64,000 nucleotides of DNA from Myxococcota bacterium (lineage in GTDB: Bacteria; Myxococcota_A; Polyangia; Polyangiales; Polyangiaceae): assembly GCA_963169165.1 (NCBI GenBank), contig CAUJFL010000093.1:1849-65848 (forward strand), written 5' to 3'. The position numbers and the translations under genes are program-made. Each line of letters starts with the position of its first letter. The stretch's first letter is position 1. Below are positions 51,176 to 59,938 of the stretch, in pieces. The notes under the pieces are model-generated. The model was not told the origin of the DNA and did not search any database. It worked only from the letters and a program-made list of their open reading frames with translations.

Positions 51176-51925
51176 TCAGCCCTCGTCGCCGCGCTCGAGC
51201 CACGTGAGGGCGCCCTCGAGCCAGGCGTTCATGTCGGGCGCGAACCGATGCCCGACGGGGCCGAGCGAGCGGTAGGTCGCCTTCACGCCGTCGGCCTCGA
51301 GCCGCTTCGCGACCCGGATCATGTGGTCGCGCGTCATGTCGTGCCTCCCCGACGCGAGCAGCACGCGCTCGACGCCCGCCTCTCGCAGCTTCTTCGCGTC
51401 GGGCTGCACGCGCGCGCCGATCAGCACGAGGTTCTTCCACCCTCCCTTCTGGCGCTGCGCCACGTCGAGCGCGACGAACGCGCCGAGCGAGAACCCGACG
51501 AGCGTTCGGCGGGCGGGATCGAGCTCCCACGTGTCCCGCGTCTTCGCCAGCGTCTCCTCGATGACGCGCGCGCGTGCGTCAGGCTTGGCGCTCCAGGTGA
51601 CGCCGCCGCCCGGGCACGCGAGCTCGGCGCGCGGGCACACGACCAGGCGATCGCTCGTCGCGCTGCCGGCGAACGCCGGACACTCGTTCTCCGGCGTGTC
51701 ACACATCCCGTGGAGCAAGAGCAGCATCGGCGCCTTGGTCGACGTCGCCCGCGACGGAGGCGCCACCCACGCGGTCGCGCCGCGGTCGTCGAGCGTGAGC
51801 GTGACCGGCTCGCGGGTGGCGGCGGCGGTGTCGCCGGGGTTGGAGGCGTCGTCCGCGCGCGCGGACAGCGCCGACAGCGAGACCAGGACGCAAGCGACGA
51901 CGGCACGATGGATGGATCGAGACAT
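51176..51925 (-). CDS. secreted alpha/beta hydrolase (esterase-like)
   Basis: I trimmed the start to ATG 51925 (MSRSIHRAVVACVLVSLSALSARA, a signal peptide). 'LLLLHGM' and the nucleophile elbow 'VGFSLGAF' are present. Confidence 0.75.
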   Translation of the reverse strand: MSRSIHRAVVACVLVSLSALSARADDASNPGDTAAATREPVTLTLDDRGATAWVAPPSRATSTKAPMLLLLHGMCDTPENECPAFAGSATSDRLVVCPRAELACPGGGVTWSAKPDARARVIEETLAKTRDTWELDPARRTLVGFSLGAFVALDVAQRQKGGWKNLVLIGARVQPDAKKLREAGVERVLLASGRHDMTRDHMIRVAKRLEADGVKATYRSLGPVGHRFAPDMNAWLEGALTWLERGDEG

Positions 51926-52049
51926 GGGGGCTCCTCGGCGCGCGGGGCTGGCGGGAGGTCCGCGGCGCGCGTTCACTCCACCATCGTCGGGGGGGCCAGG
52001 AGTGTGACAGCGGATCGACGCGCGCCTCCCCCGCGCTATCGTCGCCGCC

Positions 52050-52706
52050 GTGAGACCCGCGAGGATCCTGCTGCTGCGCCACGGAGAGGCCGAGGGCAAC
52101 GTCGACGAGACGGTCTTCGAGCGCAAGCCCGACCACCGCCTGGCGCTCACCGAGCGTGGGCGTGAGCAGTCCCGCGCGGCGGGCGCCGAGATCCGGCGGC
52201 TGATCGGCGACGGCGCGGTGCAGGCCTACGTCTCGCCGTACGCGCGCACGCGGCAGACCCTCGAGGAGCTGCGCGCGTGCCTCCGCATCGTCGAGGCGCG
52301 AGAGGAGCCGAGGCTGCGCGAGCAAGACTGGGGAAATTTTCAAGACAAGGCCCGGATCCGCGCGCAGAAGGCGGAGCGGGACAGCTTCGGGCACTTCTAC
52401 TATCGGCTCGAGCGCGGCGAGTCGGGCGCGGATGTCTATGACCGCGTCAGCACGTTCTTCGAGAGCCTGCACAGAGACTTTCGCGACGATGACTTTCCGG
52501 AGGCCGCGCTCATCGTGACGCACGGGCTGACGATGCGACTGTTTCTGATGAGGTGGTTTCACTGGTCGGTTGAGCAGTTCGAGGCGCTCGACAACCCGCG
52601 CAACGGCGAGCTCGTGGTGCTCGAGCGCGGCCCGCGCGGCTGGTACTCGCTGTCGACCCGGCTGCGCACGTGGAGGGAGGGAGGTCCTCCCCAGGCGACG
52701 CCATGA
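52050..52706 (+). CDS. histidine phosphatase family protein (phosphoglycerate-mutase-like)
   Basis: 218 aa with a GTG start. The catalytic 'LLLRHGEAEGN' (RHG) and a later 'THG' motif are present. Confidence 0.88.
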   Translation: MRPARILLLRHGEAEGNVDETVFERKPDHRLALTERGREQSRAAGAEIRRLIGDGAVQAYVSPYARTRQTLEELRACLRIVEAREEPRLREQDWGNFQDKARIRAQKAERDSFGHFYYRLERGESGADVYDRVSTFFESLHRDFRDDDFPEAALIVTHGLTMRLFLMRWFHWSVEQFEALDNPRNGELVVLERGPRGWYSLSTRLRTWREGGPPQATP

Positions 52707-52803
52707 GCGGCGCGCGCCTGTCGGAGCGCGACGCGGGCACCCGCCTCCCTCGGTGAAGCGCCCGGTCCCCGCCCAGTCGCCCGCCAGCGGCTCGGCCCGC
52801 GCG

Positions 52804-53838
52804 TCAGTCCGCGCAGCAACGAAAGGCAGTGTTTCCCCCCGGAGTGGTTGGCGTCTTGGTGCCCCTGCGATAGCAGCTTGCCGACACGGCGGTCCCCGTG
52901 GGGTTGCCGACGATGAGGCGCATCTCGGGAATGCCTGGCTCCGGCGCCGCGCCGATGAATTCGCCTCCGCCTCCGGGCGGAGAAGCGCCCAACCCCGTCA
53001 CCTCGGAGAAAGGGGGGACGACGCCCCTGCACCCGGGACTGTCGGACACCGAGGTGCGGGGATCGTTCGGGGGAGGCGACTTGCACAAGGAGGCGTCGGG
53101 CTCGTCTCCGTAGGCGTACTTGGTCTTCCCACCGTTGGTGCACACGAAGAGCCACTCGTTCGACATCGGGTCGTCGAGCTTCTCGAGCGGGGTCTCGCCG
53201 CCGCCTATCGCGCCGCACAGGCGCTTGCCTGCCCACGTACAGTAGGCGGCTGCATCGCACCAGTCGACGCACATGGCCGGGGAGTCGGGGTGGCCGACGG
53301 GGTCGAAGAGATCGCACCAGGGGCCGCCGTCGGGTCCGTTGAGGGGCGGCGTCTGGAGCAGGCGGTCGTTGTACTTCTGGCAGTAGTCCCCATGGTTGGG
53401 GATGGGCCCTTTGCCGATGGCGTTCACGAACTCCTGGTACTGCTCCATCGTGACCTCGTGCGCGTCGATGCAGAACGAGACGCCGGAGGGGGTGGGGATG
53501 GACACCATCGGCGGTCCGGGGCGGGGCCTCGCGCACGACTCCTTGGACCCAGGGCCGTAGCCCGCCGCGCCTGCCGCGGCCGCGGCGCCGCCCGCGCCTG
53601 CCGCGCCTGCCGCGCCTGCAGCGGCCGCGGCGCCGCCCGCGCCTGCCGCTCCGGCGGCGCTCTCACCGGCGGCGCCGCCCACCGAAGCGCCGGCGGCGCG
53701 GGCCGAGTCGGGGCCGATGCTGTCGCTCTGGCACGCGGGCGTGACGAGCCCGGCCGCGGCGAGCGTCGCGAGCGTTCCGAGCGCGGTGATGGTGGGCAGA
53801 AGGCCGACAGCAGGGCGGGGGAACGGGTGGTGGACCAT
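52804..53838 (-). CDS. formylglycine-generating-enzyme (SUMF1/FGE-sulfatase) domain lipoprotein
   Basis: It has a signal/lipobox (LVTPAC) and an Ala/Gly linker encoded at about 53561-53705. 'FCIDAHEVTMEQYQEFV', 'WCDAAAYCTWAGKRLCG' and the C-terminal 'AFRCCAD' are typical of FGE-sulfatase domains. Confidence 0.83.
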   Translation of the reverse strand: MVHHPFPRPAVGLLPTITALGTLATLAAAGLVTPACQSDSIGPDSARAAGASVGGAAGESAAGAAGAGGAAAAAGAAGAAGAGGAAAAAGAAGYGPGSKESCARPRPGPPMVSIPTPSGVSFCIDAHEVTMEQYQEFVNAIGKGPIPNHGDYCQKYNDRLLQTPPLNGPDGGPWCDLFDPVGHPDSPAMCVDWCDAAAYCTWAGKRLCGAIGGGETPLEKLDDPMSNEWLFVCTNGGKTKYAYGDEPDASLCKSPPPNDPRTSVSDSPGCRGVVPPFSEVTGLGASPPGGGGEFIGAAPEPGIPEMRLIVGNPTGTAVSASCYRRGTKTPTTPGGNTAFRCCAD

Positions 53839-54055
53839 GGGCAGAACTCCTTGCGGTCAAGGGATCAAGGGGACGTCGAGCGTGAGCAGTGTGACAAGCG
53901 GCGAGGAACGATCAGAGCAACATGGCGGCTCCGCCGGCGGTGGCGGGGAACACGTACTGGGTGGGCGGCGTGTACGGGCCCCACTGGTAGTCGGCTGCGG
54001 AGTCGAAGACCCGCACCGACGATATTGCCCCATTTCCACAACTGTTGCCCAGGCC

Positions 54056-54286
54056 TTAGTCGATTGTGACGACAAGCGTTCCTGGGTACGTACGATCTCG
54101 GTCAACACCGTCCACGTACACGATGACCTCGCCGCCGGAAGCAAGCGCGCATAGTACGCGCCCTTGAGCGTCCGTATGGTTGTCAGACGAGACGCCGCCG
54201 AACAGCGCCGTTTGAGAGAGGTAGACACGACGAGACGCTGTCGGCTGACCCGACCGCCACCGAACGCGAATCTCATAGTGCGCCAT
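54056..54286 (-). CDS. small hypothetical protein in lower-GC islet
   Basis: 76-aa ORF (MAHYEIRVRWRSGQPT...GEVIVYVDGVDRDRTYPGTLVVTID). The composition is beta-rich and protein-like. Codon third positions are much less GC-biased than in flanking genes. Confidence 0.4.
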   Translation of the reverse strand: MAHYEIRVRWRSGQPTASRRVYLSQTALFGGVSSDNHTDAQGRVLCALASGGEVIVYVDGVDRDRTYPGTLVVTID

Positions 54287-54304
54287 GGAGCCGTTGTTTG
54301 GCCT

Positions 54305-54601
54305 CTACATGAGTTCCCATCCGTCGTCTGAAGGAAACATGAAATGCCCGTGCGCTCCGCCATGGATGCACCAATAGGCGAAAGACTCCGAGTCCGAGGC
54401 GCCGTGAGAGCCGCACCTCGAATCGTCATCGACCACCGAGACGGGATCGCCGCAACGTGGACACGACAGCTTGACGACCCAAAGCCCACAGGACTGGCGA
54501 TGAGCGGTACATCGCACAGGGTCGAGAGAGTAGTCGCGGCGTACACGACTGATCCGAGCTTGCATGAATGCACGAATATTTCGGCTTCCTGAGACTGTCA
54601 A
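54305..54601 (-). CDS. small hypothetical protein with CxxC pair, lower-GC islet
   Basis: 98-aa ORF containing 'CPRCGDPV' plus further Cys/His residues (possible zinc ribbon). Codon usage is atypical, with many A/T third positions. An alternative start is the internal M (MQARISRV). Confidence 0.35.
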   Translation of the reverse strand: MTVSGSRNIRAFMQARISRVRRDYSLDPVRCTAHRQSCGLWVVKLSCPRCGDPVSVVDDDSRCGSHGASDSESFAYWCIHGGAHGHFMFPSDDGWELM

Positions 54602-54630
54602 CCTTGGTGGTCCCGGAGACTCTGAGCGCC

Positions 54631-54927
54631 CTACGTCGGCCGCCTCCCCCGAACACCCCTGCGCGCCGCCACCCTTTTGGCGTTACCCACCCCGATCTCG
54701 CGAAGTCGCATCACGAGGCGAAGGGCCTCATTGACCGCCTCCGGCGAGGGGAAGGCAGATGCAACTTCGTCGTCCAGGCGAACGAGGTGCTCGGACGCGT
54801 AGTAGCGCTCGAGGATCGCCTCGCGCCCGGCGGCGCCGAGGCGCTTCGCATAGGGGTTGGGGCGCCCGGCGCCGAGGTTCGCGAGATCGTACTCCTTGCG
54901 CATGGCCGTTTGTTCCTTCCCTTTCAT
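54631..54927 (-). CDS. brnA: BrnA-like antitoxin
   Basis: 98 aa starting at ATG 54927 (MKGKEQTAMRKEYDLANLGAGRPNPYAKRL...). It overlaps the BrnT stop by 4 nt (ATGA). The 'NPYAKRL' segment is typical of BrnA-type antitoxins. Confidence 0.72.
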   Translation of the reverse strand: MKGKEQTAMRKEYDLANLGAGRPNPYAKRLGAAGREAILERYYASEHLVRLDDEVASAFPSPEAVNEALRLVMRLREIGVGNAKRVAARRGVRGRRPT

Positions 54928-55247
54928 TCTTCCAGTTGAGCACGCTCTCGACGCGTGGCCAGTCGAGCGCTGATGAGCCGCAGGCGCGCGCCCCGCTCGA
55001 CGTGAACCACGAGGAGCGTGCGGCGGGCCTCGGAGAGACCGACGAGAAGAAAGCGATCCTCGGAGCCGACGCGGTCCGGCTCGTCGAAGACTCGCGACAG
55101 CGGATCGAGGAACACCGTCGCCGCCTCCTCGAAGGAGACCCCATGCTTGCGCACGTTCGCCTTCGCTTTCGCGACGTCCCACTCGAAGGTGAGCGCGCCT
55201 GCGACGAAGCGCACAGTGGTCATGCGGCCCCCCTCGTCGTGCTTCAT
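54924..55247 (-). CDS. brnT: BrnT-family toxin (DUF497)
   Basis: 'FEWDVAKAKANVRKHGVSFEEAATVFLDP...RFLLVG...LLVVHVERGARLRLISARLATRRE' matches the BrnT/DUF497 pattern. The start is more likely ATG 55223 (MTTVRF). Confidence 0.87.
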   Translation of the reverse strand: MKHDEGGRMTTVRFVAGALTFEWDVAKAKANVRKHGVSFEEAATVFLDPLSRVFDEPDRVGSEDRFLLVGLSEARRTLLVVHVERGARLRLISARLATRRERAQLEE

Positions 55248-55727
55248 GCGAGCCTCGCCGACGTGGAGGGCGGTCGCTTGAACGACGGCGGTGCGGGGGC
55301 GACGCCTGGGGCCGCGATGTCCTCCACGATCCGGGCGTCGCGCTGCAGGCCGATCGCCTCGACGAGGCTGTCCCGCAGGCGGCGGTCGGACGGCGAGAGG
55401 CAGGCGCGGTCGCCGCAGGCGACGAGCTCGCCGGGGGCGAAGACGGCGAGTACCTGTCGCTCGGCGGGCATGGCCGGGACGACGATACCTCGGTCGAGCG
55501 CACTCCGTGAGCTCTGTCGACGCCCGCTGGCTGCGTCCGCTGCGCGGCGTTCCTGAAGCAGCCGGCGTGCGATGCGAGCGCGACGAGCGGCTCGACGTGC
55601 TGAAGGAGTCGAACGGAGCGAGCGACCCAAAGCTGCACCGCTACTTCGGAGCTGGCGTCCGGGCGCGGCGCGCCTGCGCTCCCCGGCCGAGGACGAGGGG
55701 AGCGACTTCTTCTTCTGCAGCGACGTG

Positions 55728-56126
55728 ATGAGCGACTACTCGGAGGCCGTCCTCATCGGGGGCGATCGTCCGGTCGAGCACGTGGACCTCGAGGTCTTCG
55801 TCCCGCCGCCGCTCCCTCCGGGCAGGGCGCTCCTCCGACGCCTCTCCTCGGGAGGCGGCCCCGGGACGCTCCGGGAGATCACCCCCACGCACCGCAGCCT
55901 GGAGCGCGCGGGGCCCGTGATCATCAACGCGTGGCGCGACCACGACCGCGGCGCCGCGGAGCGGATGATCGACGAGATCGCGCGTATCCGCAGCGACGAC
56001 GACGTCCGCACGTCGATCCTCGGACGCTTCGCGCACCGGACGAAGGTCGCCGCCGTCGTGGCCAATCTCTCAGATCCGAAGGACGCGGGGACGAAGAAGG
56101 CGCTCGCCGGTTCAAGCGAGCGATGA
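55728..56126 (+). CDS. hypothetical protein
   Basis: I trimmed the start to ATG 55728 (MSDYSEAVLIGGDRPVEHVDLEVF...). No motif is recognised. It ends 19 nt before the next gene. Confidence 0.45.
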   Translation: MSDYSEAVLIGGDRPVEHVDLEVFVPPPLPPGRALLRRLSSGGGPGTLREITPTHRSLERAGPVIINAWRDHDRGAAERMIDEIARIRSDDDVRTSILGRFAHRTKVAAVVANLSDPKDAGTKKALAGSSER

Positions 56127-56145
56127 CGCAGCGGGGAGGCCGCGA

Positions 56146-57257
56146 ATGAGCGGGTACCAGTGCTACGAGCTCGTCGCGCTCGTTCGCCCGCTCATGTCGA
56201 AGGAGGCGGCGGAGCCGCGGGCGACCTCCACGCGCGCCGAGGTCACGCCGACGCGGTCCTGGAACGAGTACCAGTGGGGTGACCTGGGGGCGGCCCTCGC
56301 GAAGCTCGTCGAGCGCTGCTTCGATGCGCACATGTACTTCGCGAACTGGGGGAAGCACCGGCTGACGCTGCGCCTCCCCGCGAAGTGCATCGATTCGGAG
56401 GCGTTGCGCGCGCACTTTGTCGGCGACGCGGCGCGCGTGAAGCTCGCGGGCGAGCGCGTGATCCTCGCCCTGCTCAGCGAAGACGGGACACCCGCATGCT
56501 ACGACGAGAGCCAGGGCTCGCCGGGCGCGCTCGTGCCGCTCCGCACCGAGTTGATGCGAGGCGATCTCCGCGCGGCGTACCTCGCGTGGCTCCTCGCGGT
56601 TCAGATGGACGAGGTCTCCGACGAGGATGTGGAGCAGCCGGTGCCGCCCGGCCTAGCGGAGCCCACGGCCGCCCAGGCGGCGATGGTCGCGTTCTTGCGC
56701 ATCGACGAGGATCTGGTCGCCGCGGCCGCGACGGGAGCGCAGAGGAGCTCGACGACAGGAGCGCCGTGCGCGCTTGGACGCTGCGGCTCGCGCGGCGATC
56801 GAAGGACGCGTGGCTCGCTCGCGCCGTCGACGCTCCAGAGCTCGCGCTCGGCGCTGAGCTGCGTCGCGCGTTCCGTATCGAGGCGAAGGCGCCGCCCCGG
56901 GCTGGGCGCCGGGTCGCCGAGCTTCGAGCGACCGCAGAGGAGAAGCGCGAGGAGGGAGAGAAGAGCGAGAGACTCGCGCGGGAGAAGGCGAAGAAGCCCG
57001 CGGAGGCCGGGAAGAAGAAGCGCCTCGACGCCCTCGCCGCGAGGCACGACGCCGCCTGGGCCGACCTGGAGGCGAAGACCGACAGGAACCAGTACGACGC
57101 GGCGACGAAGCTCGCGATCGATCTCCGCGATCTCGCGAGGCGCGACGGCCTGGAGGCACCCTTCGCGAAGTCGGTCGAGGCGATGCGCAAGCGCGAACTC
57201 CGGCGTCGCGGCTTCTTCGATCGCTGGAGGCGCCACGCCTGGAGGCGAGCGCGCTGA
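56146..57257 (+). pseudogene. conserved-hypothetical-type gene interrupted by a frameshift near 56735-56745
   Basis: The frame of 56146 is protein-like up to '...AFLRIDEDLVAAAA'. It then becomes Arg/Ser-rich with no stop until 58533. The frame of 56385 becomes protein-like from 'SAEELDDRSAVRAWTLRLARRSKDAW...' and stops at 57257. Joining the two needs a -1 shift. Confidence 0.6.
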
Positions 57258-57372
57258 CGCGAGGGCTCGCGCCGAAGCGCGACGCGAGCCGCGCGAGAGG
57301 TGCGAGCGCCCCGCGCTGAAGGGTGTGCCCGCGCCGCTTGCCACCTCGCGCGTCAGCGCCGACACTGCGCGG

Positions 57373-58533
57373 ATGTCCTCGCGCCCTCGCCTCTGCACCC
57401 TCGCGTCGACACTCGTGCTCGCGTTCGCCGACGGGGCGTGCTCGTCGCAACAGTCGGACGGGCCCAGCGCCGCCTCCGCGGGTGCCGCGGGGCAGACGAG
57501 CACGGGCAGCGCGGGCAACGCGGCCGGCGCAGCGGGCAAGGCCAGCGCCGGCTCGTCGGGGTCCAGCGGCTCCGCCAGTAGCGCCACCGCAGGGAGCTCC
57601 GGCGGCGGCACGAGCGGCGCCTCCGGCGCAGCGGGCAACGCCGGAGGCGCGCAGGCAGGCGCGGCCGGAGCGAGCGGCAACAGCGGCAGCGGCGGCAGCA
57701 GTGGCAACAGCGGCAGCGGTGGCAACAGCGGCACCGCGGGCAAGGGCGGCAGCGGCGGCACCGCGGGCAAGGGCGGCAAGGCTGGAACAGGCGGCACCGG
57801 CGGCGCCCCCGCGAGCGACACCGTCGTCGGTCTGTGGGGCATCGCGGCGTGGGACGCGCTGAGCGCCACCGACAAGCAGACGGTGAAGACGGCGCGCTCG
57901 TTCTTCCTGCACCAGTCGGTCGGCGGGGACCTGGAGGACGGCGCGGAAGCGATTGGCTACAAGTTCGAGTGGGTGGCGAGCGGCAGTGTCGGCCTGGCGC
58001 CGGGCCTGAACGGCGGGTTGTTCAACTCGAGCAACGGCAACTACACTGGCAAGTGCACGGAGTTCGGGCAGATGGCGGTGGCCAACGCGGCGACGGCGAG
58101 GGTGGCGATCATGAAGTTCGGCTACGCCGACGTGGTCGACGGGACGCTGGCGGCGGCGCAGGCGGCGTACGCCGCGGCGGTGATGCAGGTGAAGACGAGC
58201 GGCGTGCGGGTGCTGCACGTCACGCCGCCGCTGGTATACGACGCCCCTGGCGACAACGCCCCGAAGCTGCAGATGCGCCAGTGGATGCTGGCGACGTACG
58301 CCGGCGACATCGTGTTCGATCTCGAGGACGTGGAGAGCACGCACCCCACGACGGGGGCGCGCTGCGAGCGAGGAGGCTCCTGGGAGATCTGCGATGCCGT
58401 CCGCTCGACCGTGGCCTGCCCCAGCCAGAACCAGGGCATCGACGCCCCCTCCGGCCAGGGCCACCTCTGCCAGAAGCAATCCGAGCGCCTCACCCGCGCC
58501 TTCCTCTACGCGATCTTCCGCGCCGCCAAGTAG
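57373..58533 (+). CDS. lipoprotein with G/S/A linker and SGNH-hydrolase-like domain (tentative)
   Basis: The start is ATG 57373 (MSSRPRLCTLASTLVLAFADGAC). The linker is encoded at about 57468-57810. The globular domain has 'FFLHQSVGGD' and 'VAIMKFGYADV'. The fold call is from memory and weak. Confidence 0.72.
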   Translation: MSSRPRLCTLASTLVLAFADGACSSQQSDGPSAASAGAAGQTSTGSAGNAAGAAGKASAGSSGSSGSASSATAGSSGGGTSGASGAAGNAGGAQAGAAGASGNSGSGGSSGNSGSGGNSGTAGKGGSGGTAGKGGKAGTGGTGGAPASDTVVGLWGIAAWDALSATDKQTVKTARSFFLHQSVGGDLEDGAEAIGYKFEWVASGSVGLAPGLNGGLFNSSNGNYTGKCTEFGQMAVANAATARVAIMKFGYADVVDGTLAAAQAAYAAAVMQVKTSGVRVLHVTPPLVYDAPGDNAPKLQMRQWMLATYAGDIVFDLEDVESTHPTTGARCERGGSWEICDAVRSTVACPSQNQGIDAPSGQGHLCQKQSERLTRAFLYAIFRAAK

Positions 58534-58625
58534 CCCGACCACACGCGCAGCGATTGCGCTTCACGGAGCCGCGTCGGGGCGGCGCGATGGTCGGCATCTC
58601 ATCACCCGGAGAGGAGGGTCTGGAC

Positions 58626-59570
58626 ATGTCGTGTTCGCTGCGATTGCGCGGTGTGCTCGTTTGGGGGCTCGGAATGACCGCACTCATGGCGTGCGGGGGC
58701 GACGACGACGCTGGCACCAGCGGCGCGGCGGGCTCTTCGGCGGCCGGCAGCTCGGGTACCGCGGGCGCCGGCACGGGAGGCACCGCAGGCGCGGGCGGAA
58801 CCGCAGGCACCGCGGGTACCGCGGGTACGGGCAGCACCGCAGGCACCGCGAGTACGGGCGGCAGCGCGGGCACGGGAGGCACCGCAGGCGCGGCCGGAAC
58901 CGCAGGCGCGGCTGGAACCGCAGGCGCGGCCGGGACCGCGGGGTCGGGCACGAGCGGCAACGCGGGCTCGGGCACGGGCGGCACCGCAGGCACAGGAACG
59001 GGCGGCGCCGCAGGCACCAGCGGTGGCGCGGGCGTGAGCGGCGCCGCGGGCGCGAGCGGCGCCGGCGGAAGCGTGGGATCCAAGCTCAGGGTGTTCGTGA
59101 CGTCGACGCAGGTCTACGGCGACATCGGCACGACGAAGGGGCTGGCGGGGGCGGACGCCTTCTGCCAGGCGCGAGCAGCGGCGGCGTCCCTGGGCGGCAC
59201 GTGGGTGGCGTGGCTGTCGACGTCGAGCGTCGACGCCATCAGCCGGCTGCAGGGCAGCGGGCCGTGGGTCCTCGTGGGTAGCGGCGAGACGATCTTCGAC
59301 GACAAGGCATCCATCCCCGCAGGACCGCCGAAGGTGAAGATCGATCGCGACGAGACCGGCGCGCTGCTGCCCACGGGCTTCTGGGGTGTGTGGACGGCCA
59401 CGAAGAGCGACGGAACCTACAGCGGCTCCGGCTGCACGGATTTCACGACCAAGGCAGGCCAGGGCCTGATAGGCCGCACCGGCACGACGGCGACGCTCGC
59501 CCAGTGGACGGAGCAGACTCCCTTCAACTGCTCCTTCGACTACCGCCTGTACTGCTTCGAAGGGCCGTAG
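58626..59570 (+). CDS. lipoprotein with Thr/Gly/Ala linker and DUF1554-like domain
   Basis: The start is ATG 58626 (MSCSLRLRGVLVWGLGMTALMAC). The linker (GTAGTAGTGSTAGTASTGG...) is encoded at about 58720-59070. 'RVFVTSTQVYGDIGTTKGLAGADAFCQARA...WVAWLS' matches the DUF1554-type pattern. Confidence 0.75.
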   Translation: MSCSLRLRGVLVWGLGMTALMACGGDDDAGTSGAAGSSAAGSSGTAGAGTGGTAGAGGTAGTAGTAGTGSTAGTASTGGSAGTGGTAGAAGTAGAAGTAGAAGTAGSGTSGNAGSGTGGTAGTGTGGAAGTSGGAGVSGAAGASGAGGSVGSKLRVFVTSTQVYGDIGTTKGLAGADAFCQARAAAASLGGTWVAWLSTSSVDAISRLQGSGPWVLVGSGETIFDDKASIPAGPPKVKIDRDETGALLPTGFWGVWTATKSDGTYSGSGCTDFTTKAGQGLIGRTGTTATLAQWTEQTPFNCSFDYRLYCFEGP

Positions 59571-59938
59571 CGCCGCCGAGTCGAGCTCACCCCGCGCGGC
59601 GGGCGCGCGCGTCGCCGCTGACAGAGCGCACCAACCGACTGACCGAGCTGGACGGCGCCCCCGATGCGATACGGTGCTGCCTTATGATCCCTGCCCGCTG
59701 GCTTCGCGTCGCCCGCTCGTCGCTTCGCTGGGCGCCTGTGCCCCGCCGGCACCTCCAGTGGCAACACCGCCGGCGGCCCCGGCGGGCGCCCCTTCCCGCC
59801 CTTACCCCTCCCCCCGCCGCGGGCGCCCTGCCGCCATGGACGCCAAGGACGAGCGAACAGCGATGTGGGCAGCGCGGTGGCAGACTGGCGAGGCAGCGAA
59901 CCGCCCCGCGACCCCAAGCGGAGGCGGAGAGGCGCCGA

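Noticed and set aside
49553-52165. 870-aa plus-strand ORF
   Set aside because: It is antisense to the ABC ATPase and the esterase gene, both of which have clear motifs. Its composition is Arg/Pro/Glu-rich.
55244-55630. 128-aa minus ORF upstream of brnT, considered as a third TA-operon gene
   Set aside because: The N-terminal 50 aa are pure Arg/Ala/Ser filler. The apparent ATGA overlap with brnT disappears if brnT starts at the better-supported ATG 55223. Only the last roughly 75 aa look vaguely protein-like, which is too weak to call.
56700-56760. Programmed -1 ribosomal frameshift in the 56146 gene
   Set aside because: There is no slippery heptamer and no obvious downstream pseudoknot at the junction. 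A mutation or sequencing indel is more parsimonious.
59571-59938. 368-nt convergent intergenic region, searched for an ncRNA or terminators
   Set aside because: I found only imperfect GC-rich stems (for example gcgccgccg...cggcgggcgc at 59571-59610) without U-tracts. The overlapping ORFs (59540-59917 minus, 59674-60258 plus) are Arg/Pro-rich. There is nothing I can support.
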